Positions 23,571 through 36,436 of a stretch of DNA of 64,000 bases are shown piece after piece. The position numbers and the translations under genes are program-made. The DNA comes from Hydrolagus affinis (lineage: Eukaryota): positions 1 through 64,000 of the forward strand of contig JAAILG010001437.1 of NCBI GenBank assembly GCA_012026655.1. The letters run 5' to 3'. The notes under the pieces are model-generated. The model had not been told where the DNA came from, did no database searches, and worked only from the letters and a program-made list of their open reading frames with translations. Position 1 is the stretch's first letter; each line of letters begins with the position of its first letter.

Positions 23571-24199
23571 CACTTTATCCCAGAATTAGTGAAATATCCA
23601 TGAGTAGGTGGTACACATATGTTGTTTGGATACTGTTTCACCCACACATATACAGTAAATTCACTTTAGAGTATATCCTGTGAAGTGCTTTCAGACGTCT
23701 AGAAGATGTGAAAAGCACTATATCAAATGCAAGGATTATTATTTTTTTCCAGCTCCTCGGGATGTCCTCCCGAAGTGAAAGGCGCTATAAAAATGTAAGT
23801 TGTTGTTAAGGTTGTGATGGGTTTCCATATTTGTCAAACACCTGGATCACCCAAAATGTAGACAGCGGGAGTCAATGGAAAGTGGTGATGGGAGTTCTGA
23901 TCGGTTAGTTTCAGCTGTATTTGGCTCTGCTTATTTTTGGTCCAGTGCTGTTTATTTTTATACATGCGCTGGGTGTGAATTTTGATGCTGTGCGGACAGG
24001 CGGTGCTGACGCAATGTGATTTTGAACACTCGTTCACCGTAGTTGATAGAATTAGACTGTAAACAGAGTGCACAGCAGCTAGATCTGTGAGCACAACAGC
24101 TATTGTTATCTTTGTTTACCACATTATTGTTAGAACTATGCATCTCGGCACATCCCGAGTCTCGAGATATACAGCCATACATATTTCACACAAAGGGTA

Positions 24200-24380
24200 A
24201 AGGAAACCTGGAACATTCTCTCTCAAAAGGCTGTGGATGCTGAATCAATTGAAAATGCTCAAGACTGAGGTGGTCAGATGTTTGTTAGGACAGGGTATCA
24301 AGGGTTATTGAGCAAAGTTGGGTAAATAGAGTTGAGGTACAGATACAAATGTCCCACCTGAATCAATGGCCAAAGCACCC
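24200..24380 (+). mobile_element. CR1 3' fragment
   Basis: aaggctgtggatgctgaatcaattgaaaatgctcaagactgag aligns with 17320-17592. Confidence 0.75.
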
Positions 24381-24524
24381 TGACATAATTTCCGTGCACC
24401 TGTTTTTCAAATACTATGTTTTGTATTATATATTTCTTCTTATTATTATTGTCTCCTCCCTTTGTATCCCCTGACTGTTCAGCGCCTTGCTACGTCCTCT
24501 CACCGTGAAAGGCGCTCTATAATA

Positions 24525-24646
24525 TTTGCCCACAAATATACAGTCAATTCGCTTCACAATATATTCTGTGAAGCGCTTTGAGACGTCTAGAAGACATGAA
24601 ATGTGCCATATCAAATGCAAGGATTATTCTTATTATAAATGTAATT

Positions 24647-24680
<34 letters not shown>
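24525..24680 (+). mobile_element. SINE tail followed by an extreme L2 tail with (GTT)n microsatellite
   Basis: atatcaaatgcaaggattatt then ataaatgtaatttt(gtt)n. Confidence 0.8.
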
Positions 24681-26094
24681 CTCTCTTCTCTGTGTCACTC
24701 TCTCTGAGTTCTTTTCCAGGTTGAGCAACCTGGCGAATAACATAATGAGCACTTTCCCCACTCTCTGCGCTGTCTCCTCTACGCTAACCCTCCCCACCCC
24801 ACCCAACCCCAGACTGCATTCATTGCCTGTGGGCTGACTGCATCCCACTGGTCGCTTTTCTCTCCAGTCTTGTTTTGGTGCACACTTTGGCTGCTGCCCC
24901 CGAGATTTTGATGTTCACAACTTCCGCTCACCCTCTAGTGCCCACAACTTGTCGCATCTCCCCAAACACCCGGCCCTGCCGCTACCCACCAGTTTCAATC
25001 CCACTAGTATTTGAGAAAGAATGAAACTAGGGGAGAAGAAATGCTAAAACAAGGTGTGCAGACTGATAGGTGCCTATGACTTTGCGCTGTGACTGGAGCA
25101 ATGTGGCACTTTCCTGTGGCTGGGTTTCAGATTTTGCCTCCCTGATGAGCCGTGTTGGGCTTTGTTGCCTGTGACATGTGCCTTGCAACACTCACTGGGC
25201 AGATTTCCTTCTCTCTCAGACAGATGAACTCTCCTTATCAGGGCAGATTTTTTTAAAACAAAAGCTTTAAGTGAGAATACCACTTGAAAGCTGGGATTTG
25301 AGCCATGGTTTCCTAATTAGTGTCCCAACCCAGCTATGTTCAGCTGCTGCAATCCGTTTTAATGCAGATGGTTTGAGCGTATCATTATCATTCTGGTGGT
25401 GTGATCCTCGCATCAAATCCCATTATACCACAATCAAGATGAATCCAGTCCCCAACAATTTCCGACCATCTAGGCTGCTTTTGATTAATTGGAAGGCACT
25501 CGAGTGGTAATAACTTCATTGAAAATATCCCCAATCGCATCTTCACATCTAATAATCCCTTGTGTAAGTCAATGAGACCATGTGAATGATTCCCATAGCT
25601 CTGGGCAACTTCAGACTAATTAGTCACCTTGGAGCTTTAGCATCCCCTTGGCGACCAGTTTAACCATTTTAACTTTCAGTCTGAATAGAGAAGTGCGAGG
25701 CAATTTCTAAAATAGGTGTAGATGTAGCAGATATATTATTTCAGGGTACCCAGAATAGAGCAGGTGCTCAAATTCAGCATTCGTTCTGAAGCTTGATTTA
25801 TTATTAATAATAAGAAGAATCCTTGCATTTGATATCGAGCCTTATCTCTCCACTGAGATGTCTCAGAACGCTTCACGGAATCTATTGTAAAGTAAGTTGA
25901 CTGTGTTCTGTGGGTGAAACGTGGCAGTAGCCTCGGTTGTTAAAATAACTCACTGAAAATTATGCTTAAATTTGCCACATTCTGGGCACTCTTAAATTCT
26001 AAGAAAATCATTTAAATTGACATCTTCTTTTGTTAATTTTGATCATCAGAGCCCCCCAAAGTCTCATGGTCGGTGCCTTTAAAACCATTGTGTT

Positions 26095-26370
26095 AATAAT
26101 AATAATCTTTGCATTTTAATATAGTGCATTTTATGCCGGTACTTCACAGAATTTTCTGTAAACTGTAGTGACTGTTTATTTGTGGGCGAATTAATTTAGC
26201 AGCCAATGTTGCGCACAGAGATAGCCTACAAACAGCCATTAGATGACTTTTATCTTGGGGATTGTTGACCAGGACACCAGGAGAATCTCCTTTCTTTGTT
26301 TCAATGGTGCTATGGGTTATTTAACATTCAACATTAGTCAACACCTAAACAGGTAGATGAGATCTCGTCT
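26095..26370 (-). mobile_element. Deu-domain SINE 3' half
   Basis: Reverse tail and ggggattgttgaccaggacaccagg. Confidence 0.8.
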
Positions 26371-26569
26371 TGTCCTATTTTATTCTGTTGGAAATGCAGT
26401 CTGAATGGAGCCATGTGTAGAGAGAAGCTGCTCTCACTCCACCTTCTCCCAATTACTCTGGTGAGGGAGCACGAAGAGCTCTCAGTAACTCAGCCCCCAG
26501 GCAGATTTCCGGAAACCAACAATCATAGCTTGCCCTTAGGATATATCCCCTATCTGTCAAGCATCTGGC

Positions 26570-27925
26570 TTCAGTGTAGTGGGAGGACCTTTACAGGACA
26601 ACTTGTACTGTGCCAGCCATCTTGATAATCTTGAGGTCCATAAACATGAATGTCATGTACCAGGCTACTCAGCTGCTCAATCCAGGTCCTCATGTGAGGG
26701 GCCTTGGCAAATAGAAGTGCCCGCAATGAAACTGTGTCCGCCTCCAGGGTACTTAGCAACAGGTCAGTGTAGGCTAAGTCCTCTCTCTCTCTGTAGCCAC
26801 TTCCCATATTTGCCACAAATCCACATCACTGCTTCATCCAGGACTTTGCAGATGAATGGGAGGAAGCTGCATTCCCAAGAGCTTGGGTCCATAAAGGAGG
26901 ATGGTTCATACATAGGGCTTGTCTGCCACAAGGTTGACCTGTATTCCTTACAAGAATGGAAGCCAGATGGCTCCTTCCCCATCAAACCACGAGTCTCCAA
27001 TGTGTGCAGTACATGTGCTTTGAGTGACTACTCAAAGCTCCACTTAAAAAATGACTGACATCAGCAAGATCCCACAGTAGTTATCGGTTTCACGAGGGTT
27101 ACTCTGCTTTGGAATAGACCCCACAATTACATTCTAGCACACTGACAGGGTGCTTGCATCACAGAGAATCCTGCTGACCAGGAGAGCAGTTTCAAGGCGA
27201 GTTGGGGATTTCTGGTTTGGACCTGTAAGATCCTCATCGTTTTCCATCCCCTTCCTCAGAGCAGCTTATAGGAATTCAGCGCTATGCCATTCGCACCAGC
27301 TGCCTTGCCATTGGCAAGACACTGCAGTACGGAGGCCACCTCCTCCCAGTGGATTGGGTCATTAAGGTGTTCAATCTGGCCCACACCTCCTTCCAGGTCT
27401 CCCAGCCTCCATGCAGATGGGTCTCTGCTATGGCCTGCTGGGTTATACACCGGACATGTCCAATACTGTTACGGGCCCAGACGGGCCCTTCCGGCCATGG
27501 GAGACAACAGATTTCAGCTGGCAGAAGACAAGTTTGGAATTGTCCTTGTGTAATTGCGCCCCCTTTTGGAGTGATGCAGCCCATTGATCCCTTCGCATTT
27601 TGCTGATGACTTTCCTAGCTTCATGCCGTGCTTGGTCGTAAGTTGCCTTTGCTGCAGTTCTAGCTTGATCCAAGGGAGCTCTCAGAAATGCTTCAAATGC
27701 TTTTTACCAATCCCAGAAACTAGAGTGCAGATCCCGTGAAGAGTACCTTCACCCAGACAAGGTTGGCAGAGCACACTGACTTCCACTGCCAGCAGGTCCA
27801 ATCATCAGAGCCATGCCACATGCACCATTTGTCTTTGGGTCCACAGGCTCTTCAATTGCTTGGTACCCATGGTAACATAAGTAACCATCACCCACTTCCC
27901 ACACGTTTCCCGGATATTGAGAACA
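26570..27925 (-). pseudogene. Decayed, internally deleted non-LTR retrotransposon ORF (endonuclease N-terminus, linker, RT N-terminal motifs, C-terminal piece)
   Basis: Minus-strand peptides with stops and frameshifts: GYQAIEEPVDPKTNGACGMALMI (AP-endonuclease-like), LNDPIHWEEVASVLQCLANGKAAGANGI, IPKQSNPRETDNYCGILLMSV, LETRGLMGKEPSGFHS, LAYTDL...DTVSLRALLFAK, in canonical LINE RT motif order. Confidence 0.85.
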
Positions 27926-28590
27926 CAACAACAACAACAAATATTATATTTGTATAGCTAGAAAGTCACTGTGTCAGACCCAAGCTGGGGATGGGGAGCG
28001 GGGGGAAAGGGCGGATTAGGAGTTGCTGATAGGACCGTCAAAGAGGAAAGTCTTGAAGCGGGACTTGAAGGAGGCTAGGAAGGGGCAAGGTGGAGGAACT
28101 GCAGGATGGAGTTTCAGAGGTTGGTGGCAGAGTGACTATAGACTGATGCATGAAGGCACTGGTGCGAGCCAATCTGTGGGGCCTTTGTCCTGTTGACATT
28201 CAACTATAGAAAATTAGCTCTCATCCAGGAATTGATGTCTGACAGACAGGCTGTCAAGACAGTAGTAGTCCTGGAGGGTAGAGGCAGAGAGAGAGATAGG
28301 TGTCATCCGGATACATGTGGAAGTTAACCCCATGTCTGTGGATGATGTCACCAAGTGGGAGCATGTAGATGTTGAAAAGGAAGGGGCCAGGGACAGAGGC
28401 CTGGGGGACGCCACACAGTGATGGGGTTGGAAGAGAAGCCGTTGGTGGTGACAAAGTGTAGACGATGGAAGAGGTAGGGGTCGAGCCAGGCGAGGGCATG
28501 TCTGTAGAGATTGAGGAGGGAGGAGAGGCAGTGTAGGAGGATGGAATGATCGACAGTGTCGAAGGCGGCAGAGAGGTCAAGGAGGACAAG
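27925..28590 (-). mobile_element. L2 LINE fragment with RT core and 3' end
   Basis: GVPQASVPGPFLFNIYMLPLGDIIHRHGVNFHMYPDDTYL matches the L2 GVPQGS...YADDTQL motifs; (AAC)n tail at 27925. Confidence 0.92.
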
Positions 28591-28885
28591 TTGTTGTTAA
28601 AGCACTTCATGGAATAAAGTGGATTGACTGTGCATTTTGTGGTGAAAAGGCAGCGGCCAATTACACACCAACAGTTGTGTGGATGAGTGAACAAATTATT
28701 ATTATTTTGAAAGACATTATTACCCCAAGAAAGCGGTCCATCAATTGACTGACAATCGTGTTCTTACTTACTGCTAGGTAAACAAATGCGTGCAGAATAA
28801 GGAAACTTGACTAAGATTTCCCATTGCCCAGGAAATGAAACCGTTCCTCTTGGTTGCAAGGCTGGTGCTACACTACAAGACTCCA
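28590..28885 (-). mobile_element. CORE-type tRNA SINE
   Basis: cttactgctaggtaaac...aaggaaacttg...ctacaagactcc reverse block and head. Confidence 0.75.
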
Positions 28886-29574
28886 AATTGCCCGTTGAAC
28901 ATTATTGGAGGTTCCTTAGACCTTGCAAAAACTCATTAGACAATGAGTGAATCAATCGACATGGGCCTTGCTTACACTAAAGCTCCTCAATGCTCTACCA
29001 CCAGCGCCTCCTTCAAGTGGTATTTCTAGATGGGATTGAGTGACTGAAACCCAATCCACACTGACGTTTTGTGGCCAATTGCCAGGAACTCTGCAGTTGA
29101 ATGGGCACAAAAGGAGCCGCGAAAGGTAAATGATCAAGATAAGACTCCCTGGTCTCCTAAGGGTTAATTAACATCCTTGACACTGTTTTCATGTCTTAAC
29201 CCTTAATTTATTTTTTCTTTTAAGACACGGTGTCAGGTCATGTCATTAAATATCAATCAGAGCCCATTGAATCTTCTTCTGCTCGGGTTTCATCCTGCAG
29301 TCGTCTTGTAGACTTGTGCGTTACGTGATATGGTTGATATTGTAGCTCTTCATTAATTAGTCCTCCCTCCACTCTATTTGCTGTAGCCTGAGAAAAGGCC
29401 TTTGCTTAAGCTATCTGTAAATTCTCTGATCTTTCCCGACCCCACCTGTTTGTATTTTTTGAGCTCCGTCACCAGCCCGAGCCATAAATGTTCCCAGCAT
29501 TGAGATGGTCAGCGACCGAGAAGAAGAGGATTGACTGCAAACAGTCTGGTGTTAAACAGTCACTGGTGTTATCA

Positions 29575-29950
29575 AATGTCAGCCTGGCTGAGTTGATAGC
29601 TCTGTCAAATCTGGGTCAGAAGATTGTGGGTTCCAGCTCCACGTCAGGACTTTGAGCACAGTCCAATTGATGCTTCAATACAATGTCGGGGTGGGGTGGT
29701 AACACCTAACTGTCAGAGGTGCTGCCCTCAAATGAAATATTAAACTGAGGCTCTGTCTGCCTGTTCAGGTGGATGTTAAAGATTCCATAGCACTATTGAA
29801 AGGGAGAAGGGAGTTTCTTTCTCCCGTATCCTGACCAACAATCCCCCAAACAAAATTGGTCACTCACTTTATGGCTGTATGTGGGCTGTATGTGATGAGA
29901 GTTCAGTATTCTCTCTGAAGCATTTTGTGGCTATAGTCGCTGTATCAAAG
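29575..29950 (+). mobile_element. Deu-domain SINE, near full length
   Basis: tgtcagcctggctgagttgatagc head, core and tail. Confidence 0.85.
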
Positions 29951-30604
29951 AATTAGTTTGGTGCTGTATGATACAGAATGTCTTTGGAAACACATCTTAT
30001 GAATTATTTTTTAGATAAAATTAAACTATTTGATGGGGTTACATTTTTGCACCTGTCAAGTTGAGATGCACAAATCTCGATCACTCACATTTGCTGGAAA
30101 TACACAAGGAATTCTGAATTTCGAGGCCTTGAGAAATGAATGCCGAGTTTGTAATCAGATGGTTCCGGACATGTTCTGGATGATTTGGAATGATGTGTTG
30201 TTAATGGAATGAAGGATTGAGACGGGGTGGGGCTGGATCAATAGTAACCACAAACCATTTCTCATCTCACCTTATACAGGCTCTTCCTGTAACTCATACT
30301 TAGAATATTTCATTCAAATTGCAGCAACGTTCATTGAAACCAGTTTTCACCATTTAAATTTGAAATTGAAATATTTCACTGAAGACAAAATGTAAAAATA
30401 TAATTCTTTAATGATCCTTAGAGTTAAATGATTGTGTATTCGAGAGTTCACATCATGATTCCTTTGATTTTGTCTTTGCTTTTGCAGGTTCAAAATATTA
30501 GTCTCAGGGCATTACACAAAGAAAACTACACAAAGACTTACACAGAGTGTACAGCAACAAAATAGGCCATTCAGCCCAACTAATCTATACATCAAAATCC
30601 AAAC

Positions 30605-30822
30605 AATCCATTTGCCTTGCTCCCACTTGTGCCTCCTTCAAGACACAAATCAAGACCCTCCTTTTAGATCGTGCCTTCAGCTGCCCTCCAACCCACTGTG
30701 CCCTCCCTCATCCCAACCCTGCTCCCACGTTGGGTTCTGATCCCTGACTGTTCATTGCCTTCAAACATCCTTACGACATGAAAAGGGTTTTACAAATGTA
30801 ATTTTGTTGCTGTTGTTGTTAT
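30605..30822 (+). mobile_element. L2 3' end
   Basis: ASFKTQIKTLLL terminus and (TTG)n tail. Confidence 0.8.
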
Positions 30823-31004
30823 TAGATGAAAGAGAGGTAGGAATCATGTGCCCCAGACCCGCCTGGATTATTTACTGTTTCTCGTTATCCAAAAGTCTCT
30901 ATTTAAATTCAAAACTGATCGTGTTCCCATCCTGCAAATAAATCCCCATTGCTTGTTGGGTTTTTGTTTTAGGCTGACGCATGCAGAAACCCATCACTAT
31001 CAAG

Positions 31005-31225
31005 TTCTTCGGATGAGACATTAAACCAAAGTCTCATTTGCCTGTTCAGGTTGGACATTAAAGATCCCATTGCACTATTCGAAAAGTGAAGGGAGTTTCT
31101 CTCAGTGTCTTGGCCAACCAGCTGCTACATTTGTCCACAAAATACAGTTACTACCCTTTACAATGGGCTGCTTTGAGATGTCTCGAGTGGACGCTATATC
31201 AAATGCAGGAATTATTATTATTAAA
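31005..31225 (+). mobile_element. Deu-domain SINE, internally deleted
   Basis: cttcggatgagacattaaacc...attaaagatcccattgcactatt core and tail. Confidence 0.8.
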
Positions 31226-32807
31226 AGTGCTTAAACAGTCTGCAACTCAGACTGTAATTCTCAGCATAACTAATTTCTTAAATCATCTTTCTCGTTCATA
31301 CGTTACAGTGGTAATGTAGCAACAGCCCTGCTGTGGGGAGTGGGGGGCTTGTCAATATGTGACTATACCACCTTGATGGCAGTTGAAATATTTGTCGGTG
31401 AATGACAGGCTCACTTTAGGTAGAGTGTGATATTGATCAGTCAGGGATAATCTCACTACGATGGTATGTTGCTAGGCAGTGAGTGATAGAGTCAATGTAA
31501 TGGGACATGTAATGTTGCTCAGTGAGTGGCAGTCAATCAGATTTGATGCAACGATTGAACTTCCCATTGAAGGTGTTGGCTCCCGTTGGCCACCGTAGCT
31601 GTTAACATTGCAATAATAATCTAAGTTTGACCTGAGTTTAGCTGAGTTTAGCAATGTTCAGTACACTCTGCAAAACGTGGAGGCAAAGCAAAATGTGGCT
31701 ACAGGTGTGTTGAATAATAAACTGTGCCGTATCCAGGAAGACTGGAAGATTCATGAGCTCATTATCAGCCTCTTATAGCTATCCAGCTATCCAGCTATCC
31801 GGTCTGATCTGTGGTTTAGCGAGGAATGTGAGCAAATGTTGCTCACAGGGCAGGTACGACCTGCACAAGTGCCGCTCCCACAGCTATATGGTCTGGTGCA
31901 ATTGTGGCGACAAGTGACGCATGTAACTGCACAGGTTAGGCACTGGAATTCAAATCCCACACAATAACAAAAGTCCATTATTGTACTGTTTAGAGGGTGT
32001 TGGCAGTGCAATATGTGAGTGAGTAGATGCACTGTGCATTGGGGTGCAGATGTCACCTAACTTTTCGACCACGCTTAAGGTCACTTCTCCCCATCCCTCC
32101 AGCTCGGTGTCGCCCTCCACCACTGTTAAGGGCTGTGGGGCTCTAACCTGATTTAGGGGTGCTATATAAATGCCATAAATCACATTTATAGAGCGCCTTT
32201 CACGTTGGGAGGACGTCCCAAGGCGCTGATGTGCTTCATCTATTATTAATGGACCTGGTGTCAGCATTTTATCCTGGGCAGTATGTTTCTTATCTCAGCT
32301 GGAATGTCCAGTGTAAGAGCCCAGGTGGGAGGGGAGAGAAACCAACTGACACAGAGAGCAGCAGAGCAGTGAATGTGGTGTTGATTCCCATCTTTATAAC
32401 AATCACACCTCAGCTGACCTCGGCCAAATCTCATACTGGTGCCTGTTTCACCACAGTAACAGAATGTTTCCACACAACGTCACTCCCAACTTCCCCACGA
32501 TCCATCATTTCTTCCTTCTGTCATCTATTCACGAGCCCTTCTTTTGCCAGCTATTGATCTGTGTTTCTCTTTCACTCACCCCTATTATTTATCATCGTGT
32601 GTGCCCGTCTGTCATTACTGCCATGTACCTTTCTTGATCTTCTCTATTGTTTTCCACCAGTAGGAACATATTCAGTTGCAGCTTATAGAATGGTTCCACA
32701 TGTGCTGCGTAATGAGTGACTACCATTAATTTGGGAAATCTTCAGAATTCCAACTGGCTGAGGAGGTGGATGGGATCAGGTGCCAGGATCCCCATTGTAG
32801 AGATTTT

Positions 32808-33260
32808 GTGGAGTCCTGTAACGTAGTGGTTAGAGCACTCGCCTTACAAACTAGAGGACCTGCGCTGCATTCGATTCCCAGCCAGTGTGAAACGTTAGCA
32901 AGTTTCCTTACTGAACACGCTTGTTTACCAAGCAGTAAGAAGAAACATGGTTGTTAGTTGATTGGCGGGTCGCTTTTCAGTGGTTATAATCCCTTAAAAC
33001 AAAGATTTGATCACTGTTTATGAGATACTGTCGCACACAATTAGCTGACCCTGTACTGTCAACAAAATATTCAGTTAATTCACTCTACAGTATATTTTTT
33101 GAAGCGCTTTGGGATGTCTCAAAGATATGATAAGGCAATATATTAAATGCAAGGATTATTATTAATATATATTATAACAGGTGTGTGGAGTGAGGAAGTT
33201 TCCTAAGGTTTCGTCCTGCCCGGGAATCAAACCCGGATCCTCTCATGTGTGAGAATGCAT
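32808..33260. mobile_element. CORE-type SINE (+, 32808-33165) abutting an inverted CORE-type SINE head (-, ~33180-33260)
   Basis: gtggagtcctgtaacgtagtggttagagcactcgcc head; reverse gtgtggagtgaggaagtttcctaaggtttcg. Confidence 0.85.
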
Positions 33261-34567
33261 ATCTAGATATCTAGCCCCTTGCTTGGTATTAATTCTCGTT
33301 CAGTCTCTCCTGATAGCTGACGTTTATCACTGTGCAGTGGAGGAGGACAATTAGGGTTGAGTTTACAATTCCCCATTGTAGACTTTTGGTAATGGGCAAA
33401 AGATGAAAACCAGTAACAACCTCGAACAAAAGCCAAAAGCCAACAAAAGCCAAAAGGAAGAAAATGTAGATTTTGTCTGTTTTCAAAAGGAGTTTGTGGA
33501 AATGAATTAAAAGTGATATCTCTTTATTTCTGTGTTTCACACACACCCTCCAGTGTTTGCCATGTCGCTCTGCTCTACATCAAATGGTTTCTCTATGGGT
33601 CGTTATATTTCAGCAAGTGCTGATCTTCCACCTGAGGTACCTGAGCTTCACTGAAACCAACAAGAACAACAAATGTGTGGTCTACATATGTGGAACTCAC
33701 AGGTGGTTTGGAGCACTCGTAAATGTAATGATGAGTTTGAGACCAAAATAAAGTTTAGTAGGATTGAGCAGAGGGGCGTTAGCAATGTGTGCTTCACACC
33801 AAATCATCAATTTGGCCATTTCTCAAGTAATGTCCCAATTTTTTTGTATTGCTTGTTTTGCCCCCTTCCCTCGTCCTTCTCCTCTTTCTTACCTCTTGCA
33901 CAGTATCTATTAATCTCTTGGGGTTATTTGCCTGTGGGATTCTTGCTTTGTGTATGATTGACATGGTTTCGATTCATGTAGGTGTGAAGCTGCTAAGCAG
34001 ATATCATTGCTGCTGTCTCCGGAGCAATCATGCTGTCTGGGGACAGTGAGGTGCTATAATCAGGCGTGTTATTATGCTTTATTTCATCCTTTATTCTACT
34101 TTATTTCTGGATCAGCGCTCTAGGTAAGTTGGTTGTGCTGTATTGTGCATTTTAAATTATTTGAATAACAAAATTCCATGTCCTCACCAGGCTCCCAAAC
34201 AATCGACTACAAGGATCTCATCTTTGCCATTGGGCATAACTCCCTTATCGTTTTGAATGGTGCCATTTTAAATTGCACAATATAGTACTGTACAAACAAC
34301 TGGCTCAAACAACTCTGATCTTTAACATCCACCTGAAATTTGGGTTTAATGTCTCGCCTGAAGGAAGGCGCCTTCAACAATGCAGCACACCACAGCCCTG
34401 GCTATGGCCCAGAACGTCAGTCCTGATGTTGGCTGCTAATGTTCGTTTGTCATCAGTAAGAATTGAGATCTATTGATATCTGAAAGTTTATCTGGTGGAT
34501 GGATTGAGGTACTTTGCCTCATCCCAGCGCCGTGGGAATTTTGTTGTTAGTTTTGTTGTTGTTGTGT

Positions 34568-34980
34568 CCACCTGGCTTAGTGATAGCATTGTCACCTCTG
34601 AGTCAGACTGTTATGGGTTCAGGTCTCACATTGGAATCACAGAGTCTAAATTGACACTCCCAACGCAGAAGGATTTGGTCTGCATTGTTGGAAGTGCTGT
34701 CCATTGGATAAGACATTAAAAAAGAAATCCTGTCTGTCTATTCAGGGATGTTAAAGATGGCGCTATTCAAAAAGAAAAGGGAGATTCTCTTTCTCGGGGT
34801 CCTGGTCAATAATCCCCCAAATAAAAATGGTCATTCACTTCAAGGCTGTTTGTGGACATTATACACAAAGTAGCTGTTTGGTTTGCCCACAAAATAGATA
34901 GTCAATACACTTGACAGTTTATCCTGTGAAGGTCTTTTGCGATGTGAGAAGTGCTTTACCAGATGTGAGGATTATTGATT
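34568..34980 (+). mobile_element. Deu-domain SINE, near full length
   Basis: Head, core and tail all recognisable. Confidence 0.85.
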
Positions 34981-35424
34981 ACTACAGACTGTCTGTGCTG
35001 TCAGTGGTAGAGAGCTCATCCTCACTGCACCCGAGGCTTGAATAGATTAGAGAAGGTAACACAGAGCTTTCATCCCTTGAAACTCTACCAATGGAATATT
35101 CAACAACCACTTTTTTTTATCTAAAGCCAACTCGTTTTTAATCTTTCAAAACAACATGAAATGTGAACTGTGATAAGCTTGCTGAAACATAAATAATTCT
35201 TTATCATAATTAGATACTAGGTATGCTCCTGGGCGATCAAACAATCTCTCTTAAAACAGCCATGAAATTAGGGCTATTGAAGTAATGCTGATAAAAATCA
35301 GGCTGTATAGGTCACTCGTGGCTCTCTATAGTGCGCTCTGAGCCCATATCTCAGACTGTCACAAGTGACTGACTCACTGAGCAAATAAAAAGTTTGCTTC
35401 TACTTGTTAACAAAACACCTGTTT

Positions 35425-35730
35425 CTATGGAGAGAGAGAGAATGAGCCAGAGAGGCAGAGAGAGTGAGAGAATAAAGTAGACAGGAAGAGAGAGAGAATG
35501 AGGTACACGGGAGGTGTACAAAAACGGACAGAGAAAAAGATTGGCGTAAACCGAAGGTGAGAGCAACTTCAAGAGAGACAAAGAACAAAATTGAGGGTGA
35601 GACGGTGGAAGAGGCTGAGACACAGAGACACAGAAGCTGACAGAGCGACAGAGAAAAACAGAGAGAGAGAGGCTGAAACAGAGCGAAAAACAGAGGGAGA
35701 GTGAGAAGCTGAAAAAGAGAGAAAGATCAA
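35425..35730. repeat. GA-rich low complexity
   Basis: Direct inspection. Confidence 0.85.
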
Positions 35731-36059
35731 GTGGAGCAATGCCAGTCTGAGTGGTGCAGATATTCATGATAAACTTTACAAACGAAAGACATAGTAATGT
35801 GCTGAGAGGCAGAATATTTTACCATCAATTAAAGTCAAACCACAAAAAAGGAAAACTAATTATAAGGGAGACAGTAAATCACTTGAGAGCAAACAAAAAC
35901 CTGTATTATTATAACTTGCTGTAATTGACTTCCAAACATTTTATTATTTAGCTGAGTAAGTGGAAATAGCAGGCCTGGGAATCCTGTGTGAGAGTGTGTG
36001 TGTGTGGGGAGGTGGGGGGGCAGGTTGGAAGGCTTTTGTTGGTAATGTTTGGTTGTCAC

Positions 36060-36260
36060 TAGAATCATAAAATTATACATCACAGAAGGAGGCCATTCGG
36101 CCCATCGAGCCTGTGCTGGCTCTTTGAAAGAGTTATCCAAATTAATCCCACTCCCTGGCTGTCTCAGATTTTGTCCTCCTCTAAATATCTATCCACTTGT
36201 CTATAGAAAGTTGTTATTGAACCTGCTTCCATCACCCTTTCAGGCAATGCATTGAGACCT
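36060..36260 (-). mobile_element. CR1 3' end
   Basis: agaatcataaaattatacatcacagaaggaggccattcggcccatcgagcctgtgctggctc is the reverse CR1 3' UTR seen in sharks. Confidence 0.8.
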
Positions 36261-36436
36261 AACCTAATACTGTATTATGTCTTTCTCCTTGCCCTCCCCA
36301 CCCACCACACTTAAAAATTATTGCTGTCCTTACAATTTACAATATACAGTAATAAAATGTGCCCAACATGGGGAGTGCTGCAATTCAGAACTGTTGAGGG
36401 TGGGGATGGGAGAGGTAAGTCTTTCATCAATGACTA

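Noticed and set aside
25496-25563. LRR-like peptide SGNNFIENIPNRIFTSNNPL ending at a GTAAGT donor
   Set aside because: Weak acceptor, 68-nt length breaks frame, lacks the LxxLxL half of the motif and has no sister LRR exons nearby.
26579-27058. 159-aa plus-strand ORF
   Set aside because: Antisense to the decayed LINE RT; no independent coding signal.
30460-30570. Strong acceptor-like tract ttttgcag at ~30488
   Set aside because: No good donor downstream; the frame I followed stops within ~26 codons and the sequence runs into LINE remnants.
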